This document shows, in pieces, positions 25,413 through 36,705 of a stretch of DNA of 64,000 nucleotides. The notes beneath the pieces are model-generated. The model was not told the DNA's origin. It did no database searches and saw only the letters and a list, made by a program, of their open reading frames with translations. The stretch covers positions 297,104,001 through 297,168,000 of the forward strand of contig OZ024742.1 of NCBI GenBank assembly GCA_964016885.1. The letters are read 5' to 3'. Origin of the DNA: Eledone cirrhosa. Taxonomy: Eukaryota. Both the position numbers and the translations under genes were made by a program. Position 1 is the first letter of the stretch. Every line of letters begins with the position of its first letter.

Positions 25413-25716
25413 CGTAAGCAGTTGCTCGGAACGGGTATCGAATATAAGTCTTCATTTTTATTGTAGTTCCATGTTATAATTATTGTAAACAAATATTCTA
25501 GTACATAATTAGGTATAGTCCAGATCCATGATAGGTGGTCAGAGAAAAGTTAACATGCTTGTCTTCAGTGTTGTCAGTTCGAAGGAAGGCGTCAAAAAGT
25601 GAGAGAGCTTGACTGCGTTGCCGCTATTTATATCCTCTTTCCAGAAGTTACAAAGAGGGTTCTAGACTTTCGACGGGAAGTAACTCTAGCTACTTCCCTG
25701 TCTAGAGAACGCTACA
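25413..25716 (-). promoter_or_regulatory. Solo-LTR-like or promoter-like segment (HSE-like motifs, TATA, AATAAA)
   Basis: On -: starts TGTAGCG, TTC/GAA arrays (TTCTGGAA, TCTAGAA), TATAAAA ~25626-25632, Inr-like TCACTT ~25 nt downstream, AATAAA ~25457-25462; no TSD found. Confidence 0.35.
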
Positions 25717-25984
25717 GTTTCTATTTTGTCATTGCTCTGGGTAATTCCATTCTATGTTATATCATTTTAAAATAGAACTATCGAATGAATGTCATTTTGT
25801 TTTAATCCTTGCGGAGAGATAATACCATTTTACTTTTTGTTTTGTTTCGTCTTTATTTTTCTTGTTTTAACCATGTGATTTGTTGCTGTTGATGCTACAC
25901 TAAAAACAAATATACAAATGAATGCTTCATTATTAGAATCATAGCCATAATAGCATTATCAGTTGTCATCATTCTCCACCTCCT

Positions 25985-26164
25985 TGCAGTATCGTTAGAG
26001 AGTCTGACGCCATGCTTTGCTGCAAAGAGTTATTGCCCTTCTTGATCTGAGTTCAAATCCCGCCGAGGTTAACTTTGCCTTTCATCCTTACGGGGTCAAT
26101 AAAATAATGTACCAGTAATACAATGAGATAATTGCTGACCTTGTGCCAAAAGTAGAAACAATTA
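25985..26164 (+). mobile_element. SINE family A
   Basis: Matches 1147-1341. Confidence 0.75.
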
Positions 26165-26263
26165 CTGTCATCTTCAATATCATTGACACTTTTCCATCAT
26201 TGCATGAATATTGAAAGCATAAAACAGTTATTTAATTATTTATAGTTCGTGTTCTTGTACATA

Positions 26264-27116
26264 TACGAGGTGATATCAAAAGGTTCCCAGCTTAGTTATG
26301 TTTAAAATATATATATATATATTTACCTACGTTTTAACAAAATCTCCTTTGAAATAGTCACCTTGCACAGTTATACACCGATCCCAGCATTCCTGCCACT
26401 TTTGGAATCCAGCCTGGATGTTTCTTTCCGTTAGTTAGTTGAGGACCTTCTGCGATTTGCTCTAGATCTCAGAAACAGTGTTATAACAGTGAACTTTGAG
26501 CTGCATTTTGAGCTTGGAGAAGAGATGGAAATCTACAGGTGCTAAATCTGGTGAATAGGTTGGGTGCAGAAGCGATAAAATGTTTTTGGCGAGAAACTCA
26601 CAAGTGAGGAGAGCATGGTGACAGGGTACATTGTCGTCAACTCTTCGCACTCCACAGATCTGGTCACCTTCAGCGAACATCTTCCCTCAAATGCCTCAAA
26701 ACGTTTCAGTAGAACTGCTGAGTATTTTTCTCAAAATATTTTTGGGGTGGTCTTCCAGAGCGCTCATCATTCTTCCCCTTTTGAAGTGCCTGTGCCAATC
26801 AAAACATTGTGTACGGCCCAGTGTCTTGTTGTCGTAAGCTTACCGAAGCATGCTCAATGTCTCTGTAGCAGACTTCCCAAGTTGAACACAAAATTTCATG
26901 TTGGCTCTTTGTTCCAACTTCCTGTTCATGATAAAATCGCAGCATACATGTGATCACAAAAATACAAATTTCACAACTTGCGAAGTTCACACAGTGATGT
27001 CACACAGCACACTGGCACATGAAGGTCACTGCTAGCTCTCACTGCACATGCAACTGTGTGTTGCAATCTGTTGGTGCGCTACAGAACTAGTCCAGAAAGC
27101 TTTTTGATACCACTTC

Positions 27117-27119
<3 letters not shown>
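26264..27119 (-). mobile_element. Internally deleted mariner (Tc1/mariner) transposon
   Basis: TIRs TACGAGGTGATATCAAAAGG../..TTTTTGATACCACTTCGTA with TA ends; HPTYSPDLAPVDFHLF motif; HTH-like N-terminus MKFCVQLGKSATET..CFDWHRHFK. Confidence 0.9.
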
Positions 27120-27159
<40 letters not shown>

Positions 27160-27162
<3 letters not shown>

Positions 27163-27570
27163 GGAATAGGATGAAACGAAATTTCATTTCTCACTCTTAA
27201 TACGGCTGATACTTAAATGTAAGTATGTACACGTACATACATATATGTATACAGACGTACAGTAGTATGTATATATATATGCACGTATGGGTTTACCGAA
27301 CAATTATCATAATGTTCGGTTTGTTTGTAAACAAACAGCCCGAATTACGCCGTACAGTGTTTGGCAACCATCGTCGACTTTTTGTTCAACACTGACACAG
27401 GAACGATGTACTAGTTTCAAGCTTATTAGCTATCGTCAGCATCGTATACCTTTCTGTCAGATGATTGAACGTTTGAAAGTATATACTTTTCTTATGCATA
27501 TTAACGGCTGAGCAGCCTAATTTGCATATCGAGTGAGTTAGTCGGCCGGGCGTCCCGAAAACGATATATA
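27160..27570 (-). mobile_element. Retrozyme-like HHR unit, copy 2 (circularly permuted relative to copy 1)
   Basis: Octamer (ATTTGCAT at 27520-27527 on +), HHR at 27403-27445, shared motifs with 22474-22987 in permuted order; TA-rich flanks. Confidence 0.72.
27403..27445 (-). ncRNA. Type I hammerhead ribozyme
   Basis: ACGATG-CTGACGA-TAGCT(AATA)AGCTT-GAAA-CTAG-TA-CATCGT on -; stem extended by CTGACA/TGTCAG and TTGAAC/GTTCAA. Confidence 0.9.
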
Positions 27571-28315
27571 CACATACATATATACGTGGTTGGTCGAAAT
27601 ATTCCGAATTTGATTTCTAACAAGCATGCTAATTTTATATCGCTGTCTAATTGCCTATTGGCATTTAATGTCCAGAAACGTGTTAGGCACTACCATTGTT
27701 TACTATCGCACTGTTTCGCCATGCTACTTGGAGACTAAAGCCGAATGCTACCATTCTCTTGTACAATGATTCGAGACAGATTTTCTCCAGTAACCGATTT
27801 TTTCACTCACTTGTTAATTGGTGTTTGATTTGACATATGTTGGTGAGTCCTTATGGAGGGGCAGAATGAATTGAATTACTACTCCTAACATCACGCAAAT
27901 CTTTGAACCAGTGGCCAATCGGTTGAAAGCATTTTGATGACGTGTAGGAATTTCAGTTACTATGTCACCTGTTACATTCACTGCCATAGGCGGCACAAAC
28001 TGGAATCAAATTCTATCGATTCATTGATTATTGATTAGGCGAGACCCGCTGATGAAGCCACATGTGCCGATTGTGCATTGTTGCATAAATAAATCAGACA
28101 GTAGATGCTGTACGCTCTCTTGCTGCATTAAGTGTGGCAGAAACTCAAGTGTGGGTATAGATTTATGGTACCCATTTACGTGTATGGTATTGAAGCAATT
28201 AACTTTGCATCTACTCTGGGATTTTTACATAACCTTACAAATTGAGATGCAACTGGTACTAGCAGGGAGTCTTATGCTAGTCTCGTCAACTTCCTTTATA
28301 TATATATATATATTA

Positions 28316-29337
28316 ATACTGATTAATGTTCAGAGCCATCCTCGGCATTCTCGTGTAGCACCCATCCACCATCTGAGTGAGTTTCCTGGTCAGTGTCCAA
28401 GTCTCAGACCTGTACAGCAGCACAGACTCCGCAACAGCAATAAAGAGGTGGATCTTCAGATCTTCACGAAGGTCCGACTTCCACACCGATCTCAAGCTGT
28501 GGCACGCCACCCAGGCTAGGCTCTTCCTCTCAACCACATCATCTTCCGTATTCCCAACCTTTGCTCCCAAATACAGGAAGTCCTCAACTAATTCCAGCGG
28601 CTTCCCGCCTACATTAGTAATCCCCTCTGGCTTCTCAACATTCTCTACTAGACATTTTGTCTTAGTCTCATTCATTCTCAGCTCCACACTCATCGATACA
28701 GTCTCAAAATCCTGCATCAAATCCTCTGCCTCATTCACTGTATTTGTCACCAAATCTATGTCGTCGGTAAATTCAGCATCCGATATCTTTTTCGCCTTAA
28801 CTCTCCTGCTCTGAGCTGGTGTTTCAGTAAAGCCAGAGTCCTGGCGTTTCTCCAGTGCAAGGCGCATACAATAGTCCACTACGATGATAAAAAGGTAGGG
28901 AGCCAATGTATCTCCCTGGAGCACTCCAGCCATCAGGTGTAATGACTTGGGCTTTGGTGTTGGCGTAGAGCAGTGATATCAGGTCCACTATCTTCTTGGG
29001 GATTCCATAAGCCTGTAAGAACTTCATCAGTATACACTGAGGATGAAAAACTCAGAGCTGTACGGGAGCCTCCCAAAAGTCAGCTCAAAAGTGACACAGA
29101 GGAGACTGATGTTAGCTGGACATGCTCACTGACGTCCAGAGTTGACACTGCACTCAGTGCTTCTGTGGGAGCCCCTGCATGGACACACTGGAAGACGAAG
29201 ACCAAGGTTAACGTATGTTGATGCCCTTAAGGACAGACGCTGGTCTGTGGGAGACGCAGGACATGGCAGCGATAATGAGGGACAGAGACCGTTGGAGAGA
29301 ACTCGTTCATAGATCTCGGGAATTTTACCCGCCCTAG
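28316..29337 (+). mobile_element. RTE-clade LINE with 5' inversion
   Basis: 28316-29027 on -: GVLQGDTLAPYLF..EFTDD..FLYLG..RMALNINQY; 29026-29337 on +: QYTLRMKNSELYG..RRLMLAGH..LLWEP..RPRLTYVD; (TA)n flanks. Confidence 0.88.
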
Positions 29338-29619
29338 ATATATATATGTATATATATATATATATCATCATCATCATCATCGTCATCATCATTTTACGTC
29401 CGCTTTACCTTGCTTGGAGCCATTATTAATCGACTCCGTAAGGATGAAAGGCAAAGTTAACTAAATCCCGCCGAGGGGTTGATAAAATAAAGTACCAGTA
29501 ATGTACTGAGTAATTACTGGCCTTGTGCCAAAAGTAGAAACAATTATTAAAAACCAGATGAAACATTTTATCAAAGAGAAAAGAGATAGCTCCATAAGTG
29601 TATAGTGCAGTAGCCATAT

Positions 29620-32600
29620 ATATTAGAAAATGAGGGTTTTTTACAAAATGAAAAAAAACGAGATGTCCTACACGAGTGAAAGTATAAGGAAAAAAGATGA
29701 ATTTGAAAATGGAACTGTAGTCTTTTTAAGAATATTTATTTGGTTCCTTTACCAGTTTCGCAGTTCTTGTGCTTTTCAAAAGTAGAATTGAGATGGAGGG
29801 TTTGTGGTATTTCTCACATCTGGTTGGTGTTCGGATGTTACTTCTGTTTTATATGGAAAAAAGTGGCTCGAAATGCTAGGTTTTTAGAAAAGTGATTTGG
29901 TTGGTTGAAGACTGTCACGTGAATAAGTATAATAAATTTCGCGCCAGTTCGCGTTACAAAGTTCTTATTATATTTGCTAATTAAAAGGGGGGGGGGGGAG
30001 GGCTCAGATTGTTTTTTCATATATGAGTGAAATTTGGTTGGTTGATGCAGTCACGTGAATAAGCACATTAACTTTCGTGCCAGTTTGTGTTTGAGTTTCT
30101 TTTTACTTAAAAAAGTGGCTCAAAAGGTTTTTTTTATAAATGTAATTTGATTGGTTATAAATGAAATTATTATTCTCATGTGAACAAGTACATTAAATTC
30201 GGCCCAATTTTGGAAATTTTTTGTAGCCATTTAGAGAATTTTGTGCCAAACAAAAGATAATGGTCAAGAAAAATTGAGGAATTGTTCTGGTTCAGTGAGT
30301 ATGGCTGATGTGCTGAGATGTCAAAATTCAGACATTCTATTGAAATAAAGAAAGTAGAGATATATATTTTTATTTGTGTGCTAGTGTGTGTGTGTGTGTA
30401 GGAAAATGATTCTATTAGTAGAAGTGGGGGAGGGAGTTATGTGTGAGTGTATGGGTGTTATATGTGTGTGTGGGAGTATGGTTAGCATGTTAAGATGGAG
30501 AGAATATATATTTGTGTGTGTGTGTAGGAAAATGATTCCATTAGTAGAAATGGGGGAGGGAGTAATGTGTGTGTGGGGGTATGGTTAGCATGTTAAGGTG
30601 TTAGAGTATTAACGTATGTTAAGGTTTATTTAGCTCTGGTTTTTATTTTCGAATATAGAAGGTGTTATGTGTGTGTATGTATGTGTCTAGTTGGATGGTT
30701 AGCATGTTATGGTGTTAACATAATGTATATTAAACTATATTTAATTCTGGTCTGTATTTTTGAATAAACATATTTTCCTTATTTATTCGTATTTGTTCTG
30801 TTGTATTGTCAGCGCAAAGATAAAATGGGAAGACTTGGAATTTGAGGGTCTTATCACTTGCGCATATGTCTATATGTGCACTGAGTGGTATCTGTCTTGT
30901 GGCAGGGTCTCATCATTGTTGGCGAAGAATTGTCATTCTGTTTCTGAGTGTGAGTTTAGTTTGTCTTATATAATCCTCATTGCATCCTTTACATTTAATG
31001 GCATAAACTAAATTTTTTGATGAGCAAGTGAAGTGAATTTTTACAACAAAATTTTGTCCTGATTGAAATGTATACATGTTGCCTTCAATGAGGTGAGTGC
31101 AGGTTCCACAATTAGAGCGACCACATTTTTTGACAGTTGGTTGTGGTTTTGTGGTAGGTAATTTGGCATTGGTGAGTAATGTTTTTAAGGATTTCGGTTG
31201 TCTTTTGCTTTTGATTATTTTGTGTGTTTCAAGGGCTTTTTCATTCTTGGGTCTTGTTTCAATAGTGGAATGTTCTTGTGAATAATGTTGTAAGCTTCCG
31301 CATTTCTTGGGTTGTGTGTTGAGATATATGATAGAATATTGGACGTACATTGAATTTGTTTCTGTTTTCATAATTCATCAATACCTATTGCTTTAGCCCT
31401 TTCTATTCCATTATTTATTAGTAATGGTGGGTCTTTCGAGCAGAATTTCCTTTAATTCTTGAAGTCTTTTATTTCGCGTTTCATAATTGGAGACAATTGT
31501 GCAAATTCTTCTTGCTAGGTTAAAAGGAATGTTCGTCTTCGTGTGCGTTGGATGGTTGGAGGTGAATAGCAGGTATTGTTTGGAATCTGTTGTGTTGTAG
31601 TGTATGTCAGTTTCAATATTTGTGTCTTTTTTTAATGATTAAGATGTTCAGAAATGGGAGTTGATCTTGCCTGTATTCCATTGTGAATTGGATGTGGTTA
31701 TTGATGCCGTTAATTAAATTTTTGAAATCATTTAGTTGGTCGAGTGTGTGAGACCAAATAATAAGACAATCATCCAAGTAGCGTTTCCAATTCTCTGATA
31801 AATATTTGTGGAAGTTCAATCCGTATTTTGATTTGGAGTGTTCATATATCTGAAGTTCCAAGTATGCCATGACTAAGTTAGCATAAGTTGGAGTGACTTT
31901 TGTACCCATTGCAGTCCCCGATATTTGCTTGTAAGTGCTGCCATCGAAATCAAAAAAGTTGTTCTGTAAAATAAATGTTAATCCCTCTGTGATGAAGCTT
32001 TTTTCTATTCTGTCAGGTATCTCATTGGGATATTTCTCTAGCCAGAATCCTATTGCTTCTAGTCCGTATTGGTGTGGGATCGTTGTGTAGAGATTCATTT
32101 CATGGAAAGACACAATAATATTGTCGTTGTTGACATGTTTGGGGAGGTGTTTTAAGAGGTCCAGATCGTCTCTTACAAGGCTTGGTAATTACGAGATTAT
32201 AACCAATCAAATTTCATTTATAAAAAAAACCTTTTGAGCCACTTTTTTAAGTAAAAAGAAACTCAAACGCAAACTGGCGTGAAAGTTGATGTGCTGCATC
32301 AACCAACCAAATTTCACTCATATATGAGAAAACAATCTGAGCCCCCCCCCCTTTTTTAAAGGCAAATTTAATAAGAACTTTGTAACGCAAACTGGCGCAA
32401 AATTTATTATACTTATTCACGTGACAGTTTTCAACCAACCAAATCACTTTTCTAAAATCCTACCATTTCGAGCCACTTTTTTACATATAAAACAGAAGTA
32501 ACACCCGAATACCAACCAGATGCGAGAAAAACCACAAACACCCATCTCAATTCTACTTCTGAAAAACATAAGAACTGCGAAACCGGTAAAGGAACCAAAT

Positions 32601-32655
32601 AAATATTCTTAAAAAGACTCCAGTTGCATTTTCGACTTCATCTTTTTTCCTTATA
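29620..32655 (-). mobile_element. Neptune-like Penelope element, 5'-truncated, with inverted pLTR
   Basis: 29683-30160 is inverted at 32198-32655; RT/EN ORF remnants between; HHR variant in both arms. Confidence 0.9.
30730..32190 (-). pseudogene. PLE RT + Cys-rich linker + GIY-YIG (frameshifted)
   Basis: NLYTTIP, GTAMGT..YANL, RYLDD, PFLN; CGRSNCGTC, NLVYAIKCKGCNEDYI..RNRM; ends ..KYRPELNIV*. Confidence 0.9.
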
Positions 32656-32719
32656 TATATACAATACCCTTCCAAGCAGGGAAAAGTGGACGTAAAATGA
32701 TGATGATGGTGTATATATA

Positions 32720-33527
32720 TATAAATGTAATCTGAGTTTTTTTTAATATTAATAATAACATTCGATTCGTTTGAAATTATGCAAACAAGCCTCAATTTTA
32801 TAGCCATGTCAGTAGAATGAACCCTTCATTCTTGTTCTTGTGTTGGCATGCAAACATAACTGCAGACACTAATGTTTCTGGGTATCACCTTTCATCAGTA
32901 CAGCTCACTGTTCACCTGCCAAACTGTCAGAGCTAGTGAAAATATATGCCAGCACAAGAGCAAGAATGAAAGGTTCATTCTACTGACATGGCTATAAAAT
33001 TGAGGCTTGTTTGCATAATTGCAAACGAATCGAATGTTATTATTAATATTCGAAAAACTCTGATTACATTGTATTCAGCCATGTAGAGCGAAATTTTCTT
33101 TTTTATTTAAATTTGGCAAAGCCTGCCATTTATCGCTCGTATATAGGAAACTGACTGGCCAGTCTGCTGATATGCAAATCTGGCTGATCAGTGGATCTGC
33201 TAATATGCAGATCTGACTGATCAGCCAGTCTGCTAACAAGCAAATCAGGCCGATCACTCACTGTGTATTTTTGAAAATAGCATATATTTTCACTAGCTCT
33301 GACAGTTTGGCAGGTGAACAGCGAGCTGTACTGATCAAGGGTGATACCCAGAAACATTAGTGTCTGCAGTTCTATTCACATGACAACACAAGAGCAAGAA
33401 TGAAGGGTTCATTCTACTGAAATGGCTATAAAGGCTTGTTTGCATAATTGCAAACGAATCGAATGTTATTAATATTCAAAAAACTCAGATTACATTTATT
33501 GTATTCAGCTGTGTAGAGCAAAATTTT

Positions 33528-33531
<4 letters not shown>
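32720..33531. mobile_element. ORF-less pLTR array (inverted + tandem copies) with hammerheads
   Basis: 32723-32949 is inverted at 33280-33497; partial direct copy at 32948-33100; ~31-nt tandem repeats at 33150-33258; (TA)n flanks. Confidence 0.8.
32860..32903 (-). ncRNA. Type I hammerhead (mirror copy 33326-33369 on + has G8>C)
   Basis: CTGTA-CTGATGA-AAGGTGATACCCA-GAAA-CATTAGTG-TC-TGCAG. Confidence 0.8.
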
Positions 33532-33591
<60 letters not shown>

Positions 33592-33676
33592 AAAAGGTAA
33601 ACAGAAATAACAAAACAAATGGCACAATTCATGGAAGAAATATATTAGTTTAACGCTTGAAATAGCAGGAAGAGAG

Positions 33677-33712
33677 TCTTAACCTTTCGGACACTAGTCC
33701 TTCATCAGAAGA
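33677..33712 (-). ncRNA. Minimal hammerhead in another pLTR remnant
   Basis: TCTT-CTGATGA-A-GGAC(TAGT)GTCC-GAAA-GG-TT-AAGA. Confidence 0.65.
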
Positions 33713-33878
33713 TAGAGTTAGAAATAGAAGATAAATTGAAAATGAAAACTGATAAGAGGAAGTGATGGAGAAAATGAGAAAAAATTGTGGGAGAAAAACC
33801 ACATATGCATCTGAACAATTTGAAGACTTTATTTTTAGAAAATAAATGTGACCTGATATTCTTGATATCTTTCAATGA

Positions 33879-33919
<41 letters not shown>

Positions 33920-35592
33920 GAGTTTTATTGAAAGACGTTAATCATATTTTCATTGTTTAATTGACAAAATAATAACCGTTTATGGATCACAGGATGCAAT
34001 GGACCTAAGTTTCTCATTAACCATATCAACAAATTTATGAATATATAGTTTGTGTGTGTAACCTTTTGTTCAACTACAGCATCCATCTGAAGAATCTATG
34101 ACAATCTAAGTCATGATTACACAACAGCGGCCAGACACCATGGAAATGCACATCATGATAACCCACTCAATAAAATTAATTATAAAAACACAACCCTGTC
34201 TTAATGTCCATTCATGTAAACATACATATATACATAAACATTTGATTAACTTATGAAGTATTGGGAAATTGAAATTGTAATTGACTCAAAGAAGAAATGT
34301 AGATGGCTTAATCAATACCATATGGAAATGAAGCCATTATTAAAAGCAAGAAGAAGTTTTTTTATCAAAGAAGAGAAAAGAGATAACTCCATGATTATAT
34401 AGTGCAGTAGACATATATAAAACTACAGCAACCTCTCACAATCGAGTGTCATTAGGTAGTATGTACCCTGTTTCCACTAAGGATATTTGGTACCCATTTA
34501 TACAGCATGTTATTCAAAATGTGATGACTGGAATGAGGTAGGACTGCATGATCACTGAGCTGATACATTCTTTACCAGTGCCTAAAGTATGAAAGGCAAA
34601 ATCATCTTCAAGTTTAGATCACAGAGAACATAAACAATATCCAATGTTCAAACAACTTTGCTAAATCAACTTCTATAGTCATATATAATTAACATTTGAA
34701 TATCTGGAAAAGTTTTTGAGCTTTTGCTTTGGTGCAGCTCTAAATATAAAATAATTTTTTATTATTAGAATATTTATGAAATAGATACTACACAAAATCT
34801 TTATTTACCAGTCTTAGAATCATTTTGGATATAATGTTTCAACTGTACAAGATATATTAAGAAGATAGTACTGTAAGGTTAGAAAATAATGTTCTAAGTT
34901 AAGAAAAAGAAATACTTTTAATTTCTTTCCAAAGTCTGAGATCTCCAAATAGCTGTTAGCAGTGTACGTTGTGAACATAACTTTCCATGCAATGTTTCTT
35001 ATTTTAGTTGTTAAGCATTGGTACAGCTTAGATAATAAAGCAATTAGTTAGAAAATGACTGGAAACTATAGACGAAGTACTGCAATACAATTAGCCTGAT
35101 GCCCCAACCTTTCTACCAAATATTTTCAAACTGATCACATATGAAGAATACAGGTCCGTAATTATTGCATTTTTCTACAACTATAATAGTGCTAAATTAC
35201 AGTTGAAAAGGTAATTTAAAAAATAGGCAATCTAAAAAGTTGTTCAGTGCTTCAAGTTGTAATCATAATTACTAAAATTGTTATCTAAGTGTATTTAGCT
35301 AGAACTACTCTAAAATATAATGATTACTTTTTCTAAATAAACATGCAGCATGGTTGAATAGTTAAGGTGCTTGCTTCACAATCATTAGGTTACAAGTTTG
35401 ATCCTAATGCGTGGTATCTTGGGCAAGGGTCATTTGCAATAGCTTCAAGCTGATCTAAGTATTAAACCGTTTGGAATCCCAATAGATGAACTATACCAAA
35501 TTTGTCTCACAGTTCTCAAGGAAATTCAGTGTGACAGGGATGACCCTTTGAATTACTGGTACAGTTAATTTATTTCTCTTTATTTGCAGCTG

Positions 35593-36705
35593 TCATCATC
35601 ATCATCACCGTTTTACGTCCGTTCTTCCACGCTAGCATGGGTTAGACGGGTTGTCCTGTTGTGGGCAGTGTCTGGTCGGCTGACCATGCCTTGCTCATAC
35701 AGGAACTGATCTGGCTTGGTTTCTACAGCTGGATGCCCTTCCTAACACCAACCTCATTTACAGTGAGTGCTGGGTGCTTTTTCGTGGCGCCTACACGTCC
35801 ACTTTACAGTGTGGGCTGGGTGCTTTTTTGCCGTGGCACCTCCACGACCACCTTGCGGTGGGGGGAGTGGCGGCATATTGTTTATATGCTTCAGCATGTA
35901 CCCATGGGAGGTCGGGTACCCTGTATTACTGCGTGACGCCAGAAGTCACGGTCGTGTGTCATTGTCTTTGAGAGGTGTAGTTGGGTAAGGTCGGCTTTTA
36001 TCACCTCATCCCAAGTCATCTTGGGTCTCCCCACTCCGCGGTTTCCATCAACTTCTAGTGCTCTGCACCTTTTTATGCAGCTGTCATCCTGCATACGCAT
36101 CACATGTCCATACCAGCGTAACCGCCTCTCCTGCACGCAGCATTTGATTCCTCTTATGCTCAGTCTCTCTCTCAATTCCTTTATGCTTTGTTGTTCACGT
36201 ATATTACTGTTACACATCCATCGGAGCATGCAGGCTTCGTTTCTCTCTAATCTACGTAAGTCTTCCACTTTCAGCGCCCAGGTCTCACTACCATGCAACA
36301 TCGTTGTTCGGATACACGCATCATACAGTCTGCCTTTCATTCTGAGGGAGAAGCCTTTTGCAGCTAGCAGTGGTAGTAGTTCCCTAAACTTCTTCCATCC
36401 CGTTCTTACCCTAGTTATTGTACTTTCTGAGCACCCACCTCCGTTGCTAATTCGGTCACCTAGGTAGCAGAAGCTGTCTACTGTTTCTACAGGGCCCTCC
36501 CAGAGATTGGTGGTACTTGTTTCCTGTGGCTGTTTGCTTGCTGTTTCAGCACAGCTGCTGCATGTGAATCCTACATTCTTAATTAAGCTTCCTGAGATCC
36601 CGCTACATCTCTTGTGTACCCATTGTTTGCATTTGGGGCAGAGAATGGAGTTCCTACCTACACCTTTCCTACATACTGAGCAAGGCCATTTTCCTGTATG
36701 GACTA
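35593..36705 (-). mobile_element. 5'-truncated RTE-clade LINE with PHD-like finger, C-terminus and 3' UTR ending in (GAT)n
   Basis: GKWPCSVC..CPKCKQWVHKRC..CSSC, FCYLG, RRLRWYGHVMR, GRPKMTW. Confidence 0.92.

Noticed and set aside
28045-28080. CTGATGAAGCC.. as hammerhead
   Set aside because: No GAAA and no stem I partner
33150-33258. CRISPR-like short repeats
   Set aside because: Contiguous degenerate tandem repeats without unique spacers; eukaryotic context
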